NCBI RefSeq assembly: GCF_018350175.1
Contig: NC_058368.1
Coordinates: 105,774,001 to 105,838,000, forward strand
Length of the DNA stretch: 64,000 nt
Direction of reading: 5' to 3'
From: Felis catus
Lineage: Eukaryota
Shown here piece by piece: positions 25,502 to 39,261 of this stretch (positions are counted from its first letter, which is position 1; every line of letters begins with the position of its first letter). Both the position numbers and the translations under genes were made by a program. The notes beneath the pieces were generated by a model. The model saw only the letters and a list, made by a program, of their open reading frames with translations. It did not search any database and was not told where the DNA came from.

Positions 25502-27466
25502 AAATATTCTTCAGATAGTCTTTAAAATAGATAAACTAAACAAGACATGTTAACATGGGACATATGACACCATAGCCCCCTAGGAACACCAAAGCTTATC
25601 GAAAACATAGCAACTCATCTACTACCCACATGATCACACTGAAAGAAACTTGCTGATACTATAACTAAATTCATTTATTTGTTTGTTGATTTTTACTTTT
25701 GTGTCTTTGGAATGAGAACTATTTAAAGTACTTGTCTTTCATAAAACAGCAGGTACTTGGAGAAACGATTTACCTGACCGTGTAGCCAATACAGCAGTGG
25801 ACTGCAGCTAAAATTTTCAACATCACTGATATTATCCTTAAAATTAATTGTATTAACATTCAGCAAAGGCAAAGTATAGATGACAAACACCTCATACTGA
25901 AATTGGAGAGATTCCTAGCTTGGGACTTAGGAAAAAAAAAAAAAGACAATTCAAGCATCATCACAGCTATGTTCATTTACATGCTTACTAGATGAAAGCA
26001 TCTATAAGAAATTCTCAGCCTGTGAAATTTTTCTTTAGTACTTCACACATTTTTCAATGCCTGGGTAGTGAATGACTATACAGAAGGTCAGTAAGGAACA
26101 ACACTTGCAAGAAATGCAGTCGTGGACATAGGTATTGTATTTCAAGTTTTGTTACATTTTTACTGGGCTACAGCAGGATATTTCCTTAGAGCAGACTAAT
26201 TTCCTTCAGGCACTGAGCCATGGTAATTTGTGAAATAGCTTTTCTTTCTCTCTGACTTTTTTTTTTTTCCATAGAAGCTAAAGATACACATCCAGAAGAT
26301 TATAAAACTAGCATTTTATTTTGTTTATTTTGGTCTGCATTATTGCTTTTCCACTTCCATCATGAAACAACATTTATTTGGGAAGTAAAATGAAGAGAGA
26401 AGGAGGCATATTTCAGTTTGTATATTTTTTCCCCAAAGGCAAAGTTCAAAATGTTCGTCTGATCCTTTAAATCCAGGGTAGAATAGATTTTCCTATCAGT
26501 AACACACAGCTAATTTTATGTCTCTGAGAAAGGGGTTTTGGAGGCTCTCAATTTTTCCAGGGATCTCCAGCAGACACTGAACTTCAGGAATCATGTATAT
26601 TACTTTACCATGCCTTCTTAGTCATATTTTTTAAAAAAGGGTTTAAATATACAATGGTACTGAGGAAACAATATTGGTTCCCACCATTTGGGAAATTTTT
26701 CCTGAGTCCACTAAAATGCAATTTCCTGACCATTGAGTTATGCTAAAAAAATCAAGTCCTCCGGGTCTCAAATGTCCATGTCTGTAATTTGGGTGGGACT
26801 GAGGCTAGGGAAATAAAACAGGCTGGCACGAAGTCAGGAACTAATGGATAATCTTGAACTCCCACTTCCATGTTCCCTCTTCATGATGATGGATTTGGGT
26901 GCATTTAATTGTTTGTTAACACTTCCATCAGACTAGGCAAATACATGTACTTGTAGGTCTTTTTTTTTTTTTTAAGAATGAAAAGAGCTCATTTATGGGA
27001 AACTTACAAGTCATAATTGAAGTGCTATATTAGAACTCTTTTGCAATTATTTCTTTAAGATCTCAAATCACATGATTTACTGGATTTTTTTTTACAACTA
27101 ATTTGTGCTATCCTTGCCTTCTTTAACAAAGACCTAAAGTGCCAGATGCTTTGTTTATTTTATAGGATACTCATAAAAAGCTTCCCACAAAAGATGATTA
27201 TCTCTACTGTAGAGATGAAGGCATTAATTTGTTCAAAATAACACAGTTTGCACACAGTGCAGCTGCAGTATAGGCCCTAACATTTGGGTCCCAAACCTTG
27301 GGCTATTTGGCCACTCACTATACTCTGTTCTTTCTGCACCTTTATTTTTCCAAGTTGGACTTAAAACTTAGATCACCATTTCTCTCTAGCATGTTCTCTT
27401 GCTATTGGAATAAAAATTTTAAAACATAAATCCGTTAAAAAAAAACAAAGTTAAAATGTGATCTAA

Positions 27467-27684
27467 GGGGTGCCTGGGTGGCTCAGTCGGTTAAGTGTCT
27501 GACTTTGGCTCAGATCATGATCCCGCGGTCTGTGGGTTTGAGGCCCGCGTCAGGCTCTGTGCTAGCAGCTCAGAGCCTGGAGCTTGTTTCAGATTCTGTG
27601 TCTCCCTCTCTCTCTGACCCTCCCCCGTTCATGCTCTGTCTCTCTCTGTTTCAAAAATAAATAAATGTTAAAAAAAATTTTTTT
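27467..27684 (+). mobile_element. CAN-SINE
   Basis: Full structure with TSD-like aat(g/a)tgatctaa. Confidence 0.96.
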
Positions 27685-29786
27685 AATATGATCTAAATAT
27701 TCTTAATTTTGATTCACCATGCTAGTCACATGCTAAAGGTTATTTTGTTGTCGTTGGATGATTTTCTTTTGGAATATGTATTTTTTTTTCACAGACCTCA
27801 TGGTCATAAAAATGATGTTACCCACTGTGCTTCAAATAAAGAACTCTTTCTCCTCCAGGCTTTCACAGAAAACTATGTGTGCCACTTTCCATGTAAACCA
27901 TCTTCTTTAGGTTGAAATTAGGGAGTGATGTCATTTCAGGAACTGCCTAGGAAATACCACTGTCAGCTAAGACTGTCAAGGTAGTGTCCAAGATATTTAA
28001 TGCATGTGTTTTTATAGCGAAAATCATTTGTGGGAAGAAACTGAAAGAGTGTAGGCTGGCAACTTGTGATAAATATACGAGAAAGCGATAGGTGCTAATT
28101 TTGCCTCAAATGTCAGCTCTGGACTGCTGTTTGGCTGCTCACCTAGATGCCTATATCGCTCTTTCCCACTGGTCACACTTTCTTGGATGTGCTGTTTTCC
28201 ACACATGAGACACACAGGGGCTTTCTAAAAGTCAAACCTGGAAATGCCAATGCAGTTCTGGCAACTGGTCACTATACCCTTCCCAAATGGTTTATAAAAG
28301 CATAAATGCTTCAGATTTCTATTTTAGACTTTAACTCTTCAAATATCTGCTCCAAATTTCTAAGCTACTCAACGCTCTGCCTCCCAAGATGGAAACACCC
28401 TGAAAACCAGATTCCTTAATGAGAATAACATTTACTACCAATTCATCTGATGACAAGTAACAGTCTATTTTAACGGGAAAAGAGAGACACCAACTGTGAT
28501 GAATGTCACTTTTGCTTAGCACACACAGGAAAGCATGACTAATGCAGATAGGCTTTGATTCTCAAAAAAAAAAAATATTAAAAGGCACTGTGCAAAGTGT
28601 CTGAAAATCAGATTATGAGGACCTGCTTGGGAAGCAAAACTTACAACGAGGAGCTGAAGACAATTTAGTTGTAGGCACTGAGGCATCACTAGGACATAAC
28701 CAAAAAGAAGTTTCCATTACTGTCCCTGTGTTTAAAAAACAAAATCCTAATTTTGCTCCTAGTGCTGAGAGTGTGGGGAGCTGGGAGTGGGAAGGCTGGG
28801 GACTAAGGTGAGGAAGATGAGTTTTAACAATCTTTGCCAGTTTCCTGGCACTGCTCAGAAGCAACCCTGTTCTCAAGGAGAAGTTAGGCGGTTACAGTCT
28901 CCATCTCTTTTCTTGATGTGTCTTAAAAATAAGACTGAATACAGAAAGCTACAGTCAGGAGAGTGCTGTGTTCAAGAGTTGGTAATGCTTTGTACGTGTT
29001 CTGGGGAAATGTAGATGAATTGTAATATTTACGAATCAAAAACAAATATAAAAGATACGGAAATGTTTGCAGTAGCTTTGTTTCTCCTGTATGATTCTTT
29101 AATCTATATAAGGAGCCCAAAACCACATGGAAGAGACCTAAAGATCAATCTAGAAGAATGAGTTAGCCCTATGAGCCAGGGGAGGACCACTGGATCACTC
29201 AACAGGTGCTTCTCAGCCAATGTGGGTAGAGTGCTGGGTAAGACACAGAGCTGGGAAGAGATGGAGGTCACCCTAATTTGCAGAGTATTAGGCTCTATGT
29301 TTCCCAATCTATGTTTCACCGAGCAACAGCAAGCCAGAACAAGGCTCCAGTATGCCACCACTGCTGTGACCTAAGCTGCTTACACATACATCAATCGTAA
29401 TACAAATGTAAATAAGTCACCTTTCAAAAATAACTGGATCAAAAAAGAGGATAAATATCCCTCTGAAAAATCGAAGTGACCCTGAATCCATGGTGTAGCT
29501 CTGTCCATGCTGAGCAAACCAGGGGAAACACAAGGCTCTACGTTGAAGGAGATACCCAGGAGAGCAGTGTAGAGAGCATACATATGTGTGCTGCAAGTAT
29601 ATGTGTCTGCAAGTATGCGGGCCAATATCCACAACGGAAAGAACCAGGGAACGATGCCCGCCAGTGCGTAAGCAGATAAACACACTAAGGCATATCCACA
29701 TAATAGGATATAACGGGTTATTCACCTTAAAGATGAGCTAGAAAAGCATTCAACAATATACATGAATTGTATCATTATAATATTAA

Positions 29787-29950
29787 GAGCCTGGGTGGCT
29801 CAGCTGGTTAGGCATACAGCTCTTGATTTGCACTCAGGGGTCATGATCTCACGGTTCGTGGGTTCAAGCCCCCCATCCGGCTCCCTGCTGCCAGTGTGGA
29901 GCCTGCTTGGGATTCTGTCTCCCTCTCTCTCTCAAAATAAATAAATAAAC
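29787..29950 (+). mobile_element. CAN-SINE (shortened)
   Basis: gcctgggtggctcag head through tctctctctcaaaataaataaat. Confidence 0.9.
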
Positions 29951-29956
29951 ATTTTT

Positions 29957-30176
29957 TTTTTAATTTTTTTTTCAACGTTTTTATTTATTTTTTGGGACAG
30001 AGAGACAGAGCATGAACGGGGGAGGGGCAGAGAGAGAGGGAGACACAGAATCGGAAACAGGCTCCAGGCTCTGAGCCATCAGCCCAGAGCCCGACGCGGG
30101 GCTCGAACTCCCGGACCACGAGATCGTGACCTGGCTGAAGTCGGACGCTTAACCGACTGCGCCATCCAGGCGCCCC
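29957..30176 (-). mobile_element. Young SINEC_Fc inserted antisense into the tail of the previous SINE
   Basis: TSD AATAAACATTTTT at 29944-29956 and 30177-30189. Confidence 0.96.
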
Positions 30177-30269
30177 AATAAACATTTTTAAAAACCTTAA
30201 TATTTAAGTGAAAAGAGCAAGTTTCACACAGTGCTAAACTTTTTTTGATAATGTTTAAAAACTGAAATA

Positions 30270-30474
30270 GGGGATCCTGGGTGGCTCAATTAAGCATCCG
30301 ACTTCGGCTTCTGTCATGATCTCGTGGTTCGTGAGTTTGAGCCCCACATTGGGTTCTGTGCTGACAGCTCAGAGCCTGGAGCCTGTTTCAGATTCTGTGT
30401 TTCCCTCTCTCTCTGCCCCTCCCTTGCTTGTGCTCTCTCTCTCTCTCAAAAATGAATACATTAAAGAAATTTTT
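30270..30474 (+). mobile_element. CAN-SINE
   Basis: TSD-like aaaa(a/c)ctgaaata. Confidence 0.94.
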
Positions 30475-30793
30475 AAAACCTGAAATAATAGTAATAATAC
30501 TAAATGGAGTATCTATAGGTGTAATAAAAGTATCTAAAAAGAAAAGAAAATGTGGAATCCTGGATTCAAGGTGATGGTTATGTTGTGGGAGCGGGAGAGG
30601 GGGGATAGTACCATGGATACATGCAGTTAATTGTCCTGGTCCCAGAACCTTTTGTTTTTGGTGGTTTTTTTGGTGCATATTAAATAACATAAGATATTTA
30701 ACCAAATAAAAGCAGGCTATGAGTAGAATAATGAGATTATGTCATGAAACAAATACTATGATTAGTATAATTGTGTGCACCTGAGAAAAGGAC

Positions 30794-30794
<1 letters not shown>

Positions 30795-30835
<41 letters not shown>
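30795..30835. repeat. (CA)n microsatellite
   Basis: Direct reading. Confidence 0.98.
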
Positions 30836-30837
<2 letters not shown>

Positions 30838-32176
30838 AATATGTGTCTGTATATGTGTGTATATATTTGAGAGACAGACAGAAACAGAGGCAAATACAGA
30901 GACAGAGAAAAATCTCTGAAATAAATAAATGCAAACACCATAGACTAGAGGAAAATTTGTCTGTTTTATACTTTGAAAGTCCTAACCGACATAATTGCAA
31001 AGGAGCAGCCTGTGTTTTGATACCTAATTTCAACGAGCCATGAAGTGAAGTTCTAATTTCACTGAGCCATGTAGCTCATTTGCAATTTGATGACCAGAAT
31101 TTTACCGGATTTTTATTTAAGGTGATTTAAGAACATCTCCTTTCTTCACAATAGACTATCCTATATACTCTTTTAAATAATGCTTTTATTTTGGCCAAAA
31201 GCAAATTTTAATCAGCCTCACTGTGATTATCATTTCTGATGTACCTCTGTCTTGAGATTTTACTTCTATTTCCAGCCACTAAACATATTTCAATGACATT
31301 TTTTTTTCCCTGAACAGCAATTAATGAGAGAACTGTTAAAGCCAAATACATTTCATTCAGGGCTCCTAAAGATATACTGATTTGCAAAAGTAATAGTTTT
31401 CAGATCAAGTGTAATTCTGCTCAAATTCTAGACTTTTATTTCTCATCAGTAAGTATTAGAAATGCATACATCATCTGCGTGGCAGTGTGTAATGTACGTG
31501 GACATATTTAGTGCTCCAGGGAACAGAGGCTGCAATGACCTGTGACAACACTCTAACAGGTCTGTGTGCACCATTCCAGCCCACCAGGAAGGAGACCAGA
31601 GTTTTGCTACAGGAATGTGTTGAAAGCTTAACAAGGAAGATAACAAATAAATCAGGCTTCTTGTCACCTTCATCTCTGTTAATTTTTTTGAATAAGTGAT
31701 ACATTTACATGGTTAAAGTAAAAAACTTACGCCAGAGCACCCAATGAGAAGTCTCTTGACCATCCCTTGCTCCCCCAAAATGTTTTCACCCTTAAAATAT
31801 TGAATGATGCCAATTTTCTAATATCCTTCTATGAACATTCTGTGTATAAATAGGCAAACACAAGCACACACAAATATACTCTTTTCAATGAAAATGTTTT
31901 GCAACTGTCATTTGCCATGCAACAATATGTCTTAATAACACTTTTATATCAATATGTAAAGGGTCCACAATGTTTTTTTTTTTTAAGGACGAATATCTTC
32001 CAGTGTGTACATGCTTCAGAATTTAATCCATTTACAATCATGTGTATGTTACTACATTTTGCTATTACAAAAAAGACAGAAGGGATAATCTTGTAAGTCC
32101 ATCAATTCTTGACTGAGTATAAATAGTCAAAATCCTTCACTGAGGATAAATTCTTAGAATTAAGATTTATGGGTTA

Positions 32177-32375
32177 GGGGCGCCTTGGTGGCTCAGTCAG
32201 TTAAGTGTCTGACTTTGGCTCAGGTCATGATCTTGTGGTTCAGGAGTTTGAGCCCTGAGTTGGGCTCGGAGCTTGCATCACAGACTCTGTGTCTCCTCTC
32301 TCTGCCCCTCCCCTGCTTGTGCTCTGTCTCTCTCTCAAAAATAAATTAAAACTTTTTTGTAAACTTAAAAAAAAA
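32177..32375 (+). mobile_element. CAN-SINE
   Basis: Head ggggcgccttggtggctcag with TSD-like taa(g/a)atttat(g/a)ggtta. Confidence 0.94.
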
Positions 32376-32527
32376 TAAAATTTATAGGTTAAATGTTAAA
32401 TACATTTGTAATTTTGACAGATAATTCTAAATTGCTCTCTACAGAGGTCATACCAACTTTATACTCTTGTCAGAAATTTGTGAGAGCATCTGTTTCCCAA
32501 AACCTTAATTAATAGTTTTACATTAGA

Positions 32528-32695
32528 GGGGCGCCTGGGGGGCTCAGTCAGTTAAGTGTCAGACTTCAGCTCAGATCATGATCTCAGAGTTGGTGCATTC
32601 GGGCTCCATGCTGACAGCTCAGAGCCTGGAGCTTGCCTCAGATTCTGTGTCTCCCTCTCTCTCTGCTTCTTCCCTGCTCATGCTCTGTCGCTCTG

Positions 32696-32742
<47 letters not shown>

Positions 32743-32744
32743 AA

Positions 32745-32787
<43 letters not shown>

Positions 32788-32800
32788 ATATTAAAAAATA
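32528..32800 (+). mobile_element. CAN-SINE with expanded (CT)n and (TAAA)n tail
   Basis: TSD TTTTACATTAGA on both sides. Confidence 0.95.
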
Positions 32801-33959
32801 CTTTTACATTAGAATTTTCATTTTATCCAAGTTTATAGGTAAACATGGTATCTCATAGTTTTATTTTGCACTTTCTTTAAGTAAGGACAAGCATGTTTCT
32901 GGGTATTTAACAGTCACTGGTATTGCTCTTGTCAATAGTTCATATCCTTGAATAATTTTATTAGATATTTTTCTTAATGATTTGTAGAACTTACGTATTA
33001 GAAAAATTTGTCTTTGTGTTACAAGTTGCAAATGTTTTTCTCTGTTTATCATTTGCCTTTTATTCTTGCTTGTAGCACTTATTTTTTCTATTATTGCCAT
33101 GCAATTTATATTTTCTGTAGCTGAAATTACTGATATATACCACATGGTTTTTAGGTGAAATAACCTACTACATAATGCTTTCTCAGATCTAAAACAATAT
33201 AACAATTCTCATGATTGTTTTTAACCCCACTGTTTATTCTGCTGATAGTTGTATCTTTGGTTCGTTTAAGATGAATCTTCAATTCTGAAGTCATGGTGAC
33301 TAGGGTATTTTAGTACAGCGGTACACAGTAAATTTTCATTTTAATGAACAGAATACAGAGCAAAAACCCATGGACTAAATAGCTAATACAGCACCCATGA
33401 GAGGCAGTAAAACACCCATTAGAGAGAAGTTAAGTTTTTCAAGAATCAGCCCTTGGGAGGCTCCCCAGAGGCTCCATGGAAACCAGCCACACGTGAGCAC
33501 TTAAACTGGCCAATCCCGGTAGAGGGCTGAGACGGTGGATGAGGGCTGGAGCCAGGGAACCGTCAGGCCATGCATCTGCAGTCTCAAGTCTGAGGCCCCG
33601 AACCCTGATGCACAAAGGGAAGGTTCACCACTCATGAAGGCTGAGGACAAGAAACAGACTTGAAGGTCAAGGTTCCATATTTTTTCAGCCTTGATTGTAT
33701 CAAAAGAGAGAGATGATGCTACTTCTGACCACCCAAACTCCACAGGAGGGCCAAGATCACTAAAGTGGGTCTAATTCTGGCCTTGCTGGACTGCACGCAC
33801 TACCACATCATGCAACGAACAAAGAAGAGAACCACAATGCTGTTGCTGATTCCACGAGATTCCCCCTGTAAATGCGACCTGTGGGCCGAAGTATGTGCTG
33901 CCTGGTCATTCCCCCTTGTTCATTCAACCCCTCTAGCTGAGTGAAAACTTGAGTAAATC

Positions 33960-34180
33960 TAGCAGGGTAGAATCCTGGTTCTGCAGTTTCTAAACCACGT
34001 AACTTCCACAAAGTTATTTAACTTCTCTGGGCTTCAGTTTCCTCATCTGTACAGTGGGTTAATGATAGCAACTAACCTCACACCACTGTATTGATAATTT
34101 AACAAGAAAACCCACTTGAAGTGGCTTAAGTGTTATCTGTAACATACTAAGTGCCCCATAAATACTAACTTTTATTAACA
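33960..34180 (+). mobile_element. MIR
   Basis: MIR core aagttatttaacttctctgggcttcagtttcctcatctgta. Confidence 0.85.
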
Positions 34181-34384
34181 TATTTGGGTGCTACATATAC
34201 TCTGCTGGCAATCAGACAAGAAAAATATTTAAAATACAAGGTAAAAAAGTACTGTGATAGAGGAATAACTTATTTGTTATGGTGCATAAAGTAGGTTTGG
34301 TTTAACAACCTGGCTTTTTTATTTAAGGGAGGGAGAATTTATGTTTTAACTATAGTGTTGTAAGTTTTTTAAGGATTTTTGTTT

Positions 34385-34625
34385 ACTTTTTTTTTAATGT
34401 TTATTCATTTTTGAGACAGGGAGAGACAAAGTGTGAGCAGGGGAGGGGCATAGAGAGAGGGAGACACAGAACCCGAAGCAGGCTCCAGGCTCTGAGCTGT
34501 CATCACAGAGCCCAACGAAGGGCTTGAACCCACAAACTGTGAGATCATGACAGGAGCCAAAGTCAGACACTCAACTGACTGAGCCACCCAAGCACCCCAA
34601 GGATTTTGTTAAAGTTTATGTATTT

Positions 34626-34677
<52 letters not shown>

Positions 34678-35063
34678 GAGAGGCAGAGAGAGAGAGGGAA
34701 AGAGAAAATCATAAGCAAGTTCTGCACTTTTAGTGCAGAGCCCGAAACTGGGGCTCAAACTCATAAACTGTGAGATCGTGACCTGAGCCGAAATCAAGAG
34801 TTGGATGTTTAACCAACTGAACCACACAGGCTCCCCAAAAAGGATTTAAAATTTTTTTTAACGTTTTATTTATTTTTGAGACAGGGAGAGACAGAGCATG
34901 AACAGGGGAGGGTCAGAGAGAAAGGGAGACACAGAATTGGAAGCAGGCTCCAAGCTCCGAGCTGTCAGCCCAGAGCCCAACGTGGGGCTCGAACTCACAG
35001 ACCGCGAGATCGTGACCTGAGCCAAAGTCGGCCGCTTAACCGACTGAGCCACCCAGGCGCCCC
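34385..35063 (-). mobile_element. Three consecutive CAN-SINEs (about 34385-34598, 34608-34836 and 34850-35063)
   Basis: Three complete minus-strand SINEs separated by AAGGATTT motifs. Confidence 0.95.
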
Positions 35064-36010
35064 TCCAAAAAGGATTTTAAAAGGATAGTTTTGTGGTTTC
35101 TAAATTGATGACTTAAAAAGTTTTATGTGCTTCCAGTGTTTACAACCCCCCTATTTAAATATCAATTTTAATATGTAGTTTCCCTGTTGGAAAACAGTCA
35201 ATGAATCTATTAATTATTTATTTTCAAGTTAACACACTTTTGGTAATGTGAGTAAAAGAAAGCACTTTTTAGTTCGGGACAGAAGATTACTTTCCATGGT
35301 TTATCAAAGCAGAGTTGGAGCTGCAACTAAGGATACTGTGCCAATGAGTTTCATGAGTTTCATGAGCATAAATAAATATATTTGTTGTCACAAATCTCAA
35401 ACAGTGAAGTGCTGTGGTAATGGAACAAAGCTGAAGACTCTTCAGAATAAATTGCAAACAACTATTTGACATATAAAGAGCCATTGAAGGGAAGCCTTCC
35501 AATACAATGATGCTATTTTCCTGCCTTCCATTTAAGCCAGGAAAGAGTAAGTAGCTCAGAGAAGGTTAAAGAAGGTATAGTCTGGAAGGCGGGGATCATG
35601 CAAGGACATCTGGCATCTACCTGCGCTTTCTCCAAGTGGACTGAAATTCAGAGTCACGTATTTCATTATAAAAAAGAAAACTACTGGGCCCTTCTAACAC
35701 ACGCTCCCATGTTATAGTGATGTGTGCGACTTCTCTTCTCCATTTAAATTAAATGGTTATTTGGATGAATGAATCTCTGAATAAAGTAAGCGAAAAAACC
35801 TTCCCTTTGGATGTGAAGAAATAGTTTATTCCAACAACAGATCATTTTCCCCGCTGTACAACCGAACTGGGAAAAGATTTTGGAGCCAAAGTGGCCCAGG
35901 AGAAATACAACTTGACTTCAGTAGACCTGAGGGGCTAAACTGAATCTGGGACCTTAAGTGAGTGAAGAGGGGAAATAATGGATTCTCCCTTAGACAGACA
36001 GAGAAGACAG

Positions 36011-36031
36011 GCGCGCGCGCGCGCACACACA

Positions 36032-36075
<44 letters not shown>
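36011..36075. repeat. (GC)7 plus (CA)n alternating purine-pyrimidine tract
   Basis: Direct reading. Confidence 0.98.
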
Positions 36076-36079
<4 letters not shown>

Positions 36080-36914
36080 TGAATACTCCTTTCTGCTTTG
36101 GGCTCTCAGTCAAGTATGAGAATCCACCCAGCCAATGATATAAAACGGAAAGAAGCCTCAAGACAGATACTGAGTCATGTATTTCAGACACTGACTCAGG
36201 AGATGAAGGCCAGCCCACCATTTTTTTTTTCTACTTTGGTATAAACTATGTATGTCCAAACTTAAATATTCAACAGGATAAGCCTTTCAGGATAAGATTT
36301 TAGTTAAGAAGACATCCCAATGAACAAGCAGAAGACAGTTCTTTCTTTTAAATAGACAGGGAAGGTCCCTGACCTTCGAAGTAATACCTGCATATGATCA
36401 AGAGGGACAATGACACAAAGGTCTAAAAATGCCAAATTGCACTTCACATGGATGCTCTTTGTCTCCGAATGGCAACCAGAGCAAAATAAGATTATTAAGA
36501 AAATGAAAAAAAAAGTCAGATGAAGGCGAAATTCCCATAATAAGGAACACTGGCCTCTTTCCAAACACAATTTTAACTCTGGCCCCATATTTTACCTTCT
36601 TGGGCATTCAACCCAAGTCAAGGAAATTAACTGATTGTACACCCTACTCCCAATTACTCAATACCTATTTTTTTTAGGAGCCTCTGCAATACAGCAGCAC
36701 AAGTTCCAGGCTCTGGGATACAGCAATAAATAAGACAGAGTTTTTTTCCCTCAAGGATCTTACCCAGTGGTCAACAAACAGATACACACCAAAAAACAAA
36801 ACAGAACAGTAACACAATTTTTTAAAGTTAATAAGCTCACTTTGCTGTTAATGCAGCCATCATTTCCCCAAATCACTCAGATTCAAAATGTTGGTTACCT
36901 TTCTTATTTCTTTT

Positions 36915-36940
36915 CTCTCTCTCTTTTTTTTTTTTTTTTT

Positions 36941-36971
<31 letters not shown>

Positions 36972-37107
36972 AAGGGAGTGAGAGAGAATCCCAGGACGGC
37001 TCCGCACTATCAGCACAGACCTCATAAGGGACTGGAACTCATAAACCATGAGATCATGACTTTAGCTAAAGTTGGATGCTTAACCAACAGAGCCACCCAG
37101 GTGCCCC
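36915..37107 (-). mobile_element. CAN-SINE
   Basis: TSD TTTCTTATTTCT on both sides. Confidence 0.93.
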
Positions 37108-39049
37108 TTTCTTATTTCTGAACAGACCCAGTAACTTAAAGATTGAAAAAAATATTTCTTTAGAGAATTTCATTGCTGTATGAATAGAAATAGAATATGT
37201 GCTAAAGAGAAATAGAAAGGGTATCATTTTCATGTAAATCTTCCAGTACTACTATGTTTTATGCTCACATTATAATCCATATAGAAAACTAAAATATCTT
37301 ACCTTTGACAGTGGGTCAAAAGTAATTGCTATGGTTACATTTTTATTTAGGGCAATTACTGACTTTACATTCATGTCAACATTTTACACTGACACTGTAT
37401 AAACTGTACATAAACTGACAGTAATTCAAAGCTGTTGCTGAGTGTAGCAATAGTTTACTGTCTTTCCAGATACATTATGCTACCAATTACATTAAATAGT
37501 TTTATGTAAGGAAATACCACTTGATATTTTACATAAAAGAACACTATTACTTAAGGAAAATTGATAATAGTTACTTTTAAGACATATCCAAATAAATAGG
37601 ACTTATACACAAAGTAAAGGCTTCATAAAACCTTTAGTTTTCAAATTCTAATCACCACTTCTTCCAATTCTGCTATTCCCCACCAATCCCAAATATTAAA
37701 TCACATAATTCTTTCTGGGCAATGGCTAAGTGGATTTGGCTGTCTGGGCAGGAAGTAAGAAAGGAGAGGACTGGACTCAGGCTCTGGGTGGTGCCTACAT
37801 TACATCAACAGCCCCCTTTCCTAAAGAACATAGACAAGTGCGAATAAAGAGTTGCACTGTCTCTCTCCAAACTCTGCCTTGGCTCTATATGTTGTTTTGA
37901 TGAAATGTGATGTAGAAAAGGCTCACTCTATTTTCAACTAAGAAGAAATACATTGTATGATGATTAATGGGAAAATGTCACAACCACTTTCATCAGTCAG
38001 TGGCTGTGCCTTTTCACCTACAATCAAACCCTGTCTTTGCTCCTAAGTCCACGACCCTTGCATCTTGTTTGGATAGTATTTCAGAAGTAAAAAGTGAAGC
38101 AGAATGACAAAAGTCATAGAATAACCCCAAAAGAAGCCAGGAAGGAAATACAAGAAGTAGCAGGGACACAGCAATATAACCCAGACCTTATGCAGGTCCC
38201 CAACTCGCTAGTCCAATTCCTATGCTCGCTTAGATAATTTCCCCATCTGCCAAGTATTTTTCTTAACCTTTCCAAACAGGCAGACTTTGGTTATCAATAT
38301 TGTATTGAAGCAACATAAACTACATGGACGTTCTTCTTCCTCAGAGTTTCAGAGAGAATTTATTGGTTTTTTAAAAATAATTAACCACATTTTACTACCT
38401 TGTCTTTTGGGGGAGCATGAAATTAAGTCATAATGATATAAAATATATAAAATTGTAAAGATTAACTTAAAGCAGAACTAGAAAGGCAACAGGGCAAATA
38501 TAAAACATAGAATGATATGTTTCCCCTGGGTTCATGAAATTATGATTTCTGGTGTGGAAATCATAGCATGGATACCCAGGCCTCTGGTTTGGTTTGCCTC
38601 TACCTCTTGTCCAATAAAACAGTTGGTATTCCTGTTTGTCCTCTATAATTAAACTTTAGATTTTACCTTTTTTCTATTTTTTTCCCTACAAAGAAGGATA
38701 AGACTTTTTATAACTAAGCAACAAAAAAAACCCAAAACCCAAATACTGCCTTTTGGAAAGGGAAAGATTAGAAGACTTAATTATGTACACTAGAAGCTGA
38801 GTTGAATTTAGTTACTGAAGGTAAATGGGTCTAAATAAACTTGTGACAATTTCTTCGCGGGAAGCAACTAAAATATATATTTGCTACTTTTAGTGTACAT
38901 AACTCGAAAAATACTTCCACATAAGATCATAGCAGGCATACGGAATAAAGTTTCAATTTACTGAATTTCCCATGTAACTTCAGATTCACATTTATCTACC
39001 TCAGGTAAGCCAGAGTGCCAAAAACCAATGTCTGGAAGCAATTTTTTCT

Positions 39050-39261
39050 TTTTTTTTTTTCAACGTTTATTTATTTTTGGGACAGAGAGAGACAGAGCAT
39101 GAACGGGGGAGGGGCAGAGAGAGGGAGACACAGAATCTGAAACAGGCTCCAGGCTCTGAGCCATCAGCCCAGAGCCCAACGCGGGGCTCGAACTCACGGA
39201 CTGCGAGATCGTGATCTGGCTGGAGTCGGACGCTTAACCGACTGCGCCACCCAGGCGCCCC
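39050..39261 (-). mobile_element. Young SINEC_Fc
   Basis: TSD (C)TGGAAGCAATTTTTTCT at 39032-39049 and 39261-39278. Confidence 0.97.

Larger units (their letters stand above)
31680..33230 (-). mobile_element. Old L1 (L1ME/MC-like) antisense fragments interrupted by two SINEs
   Basis: Antisense L1 motifs: gtaattttgacagataattctaaattgctctc…tttatactc, atggtatctcatagtttta, gttgcaaatgttttttctctg. Confidence 0.6.
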
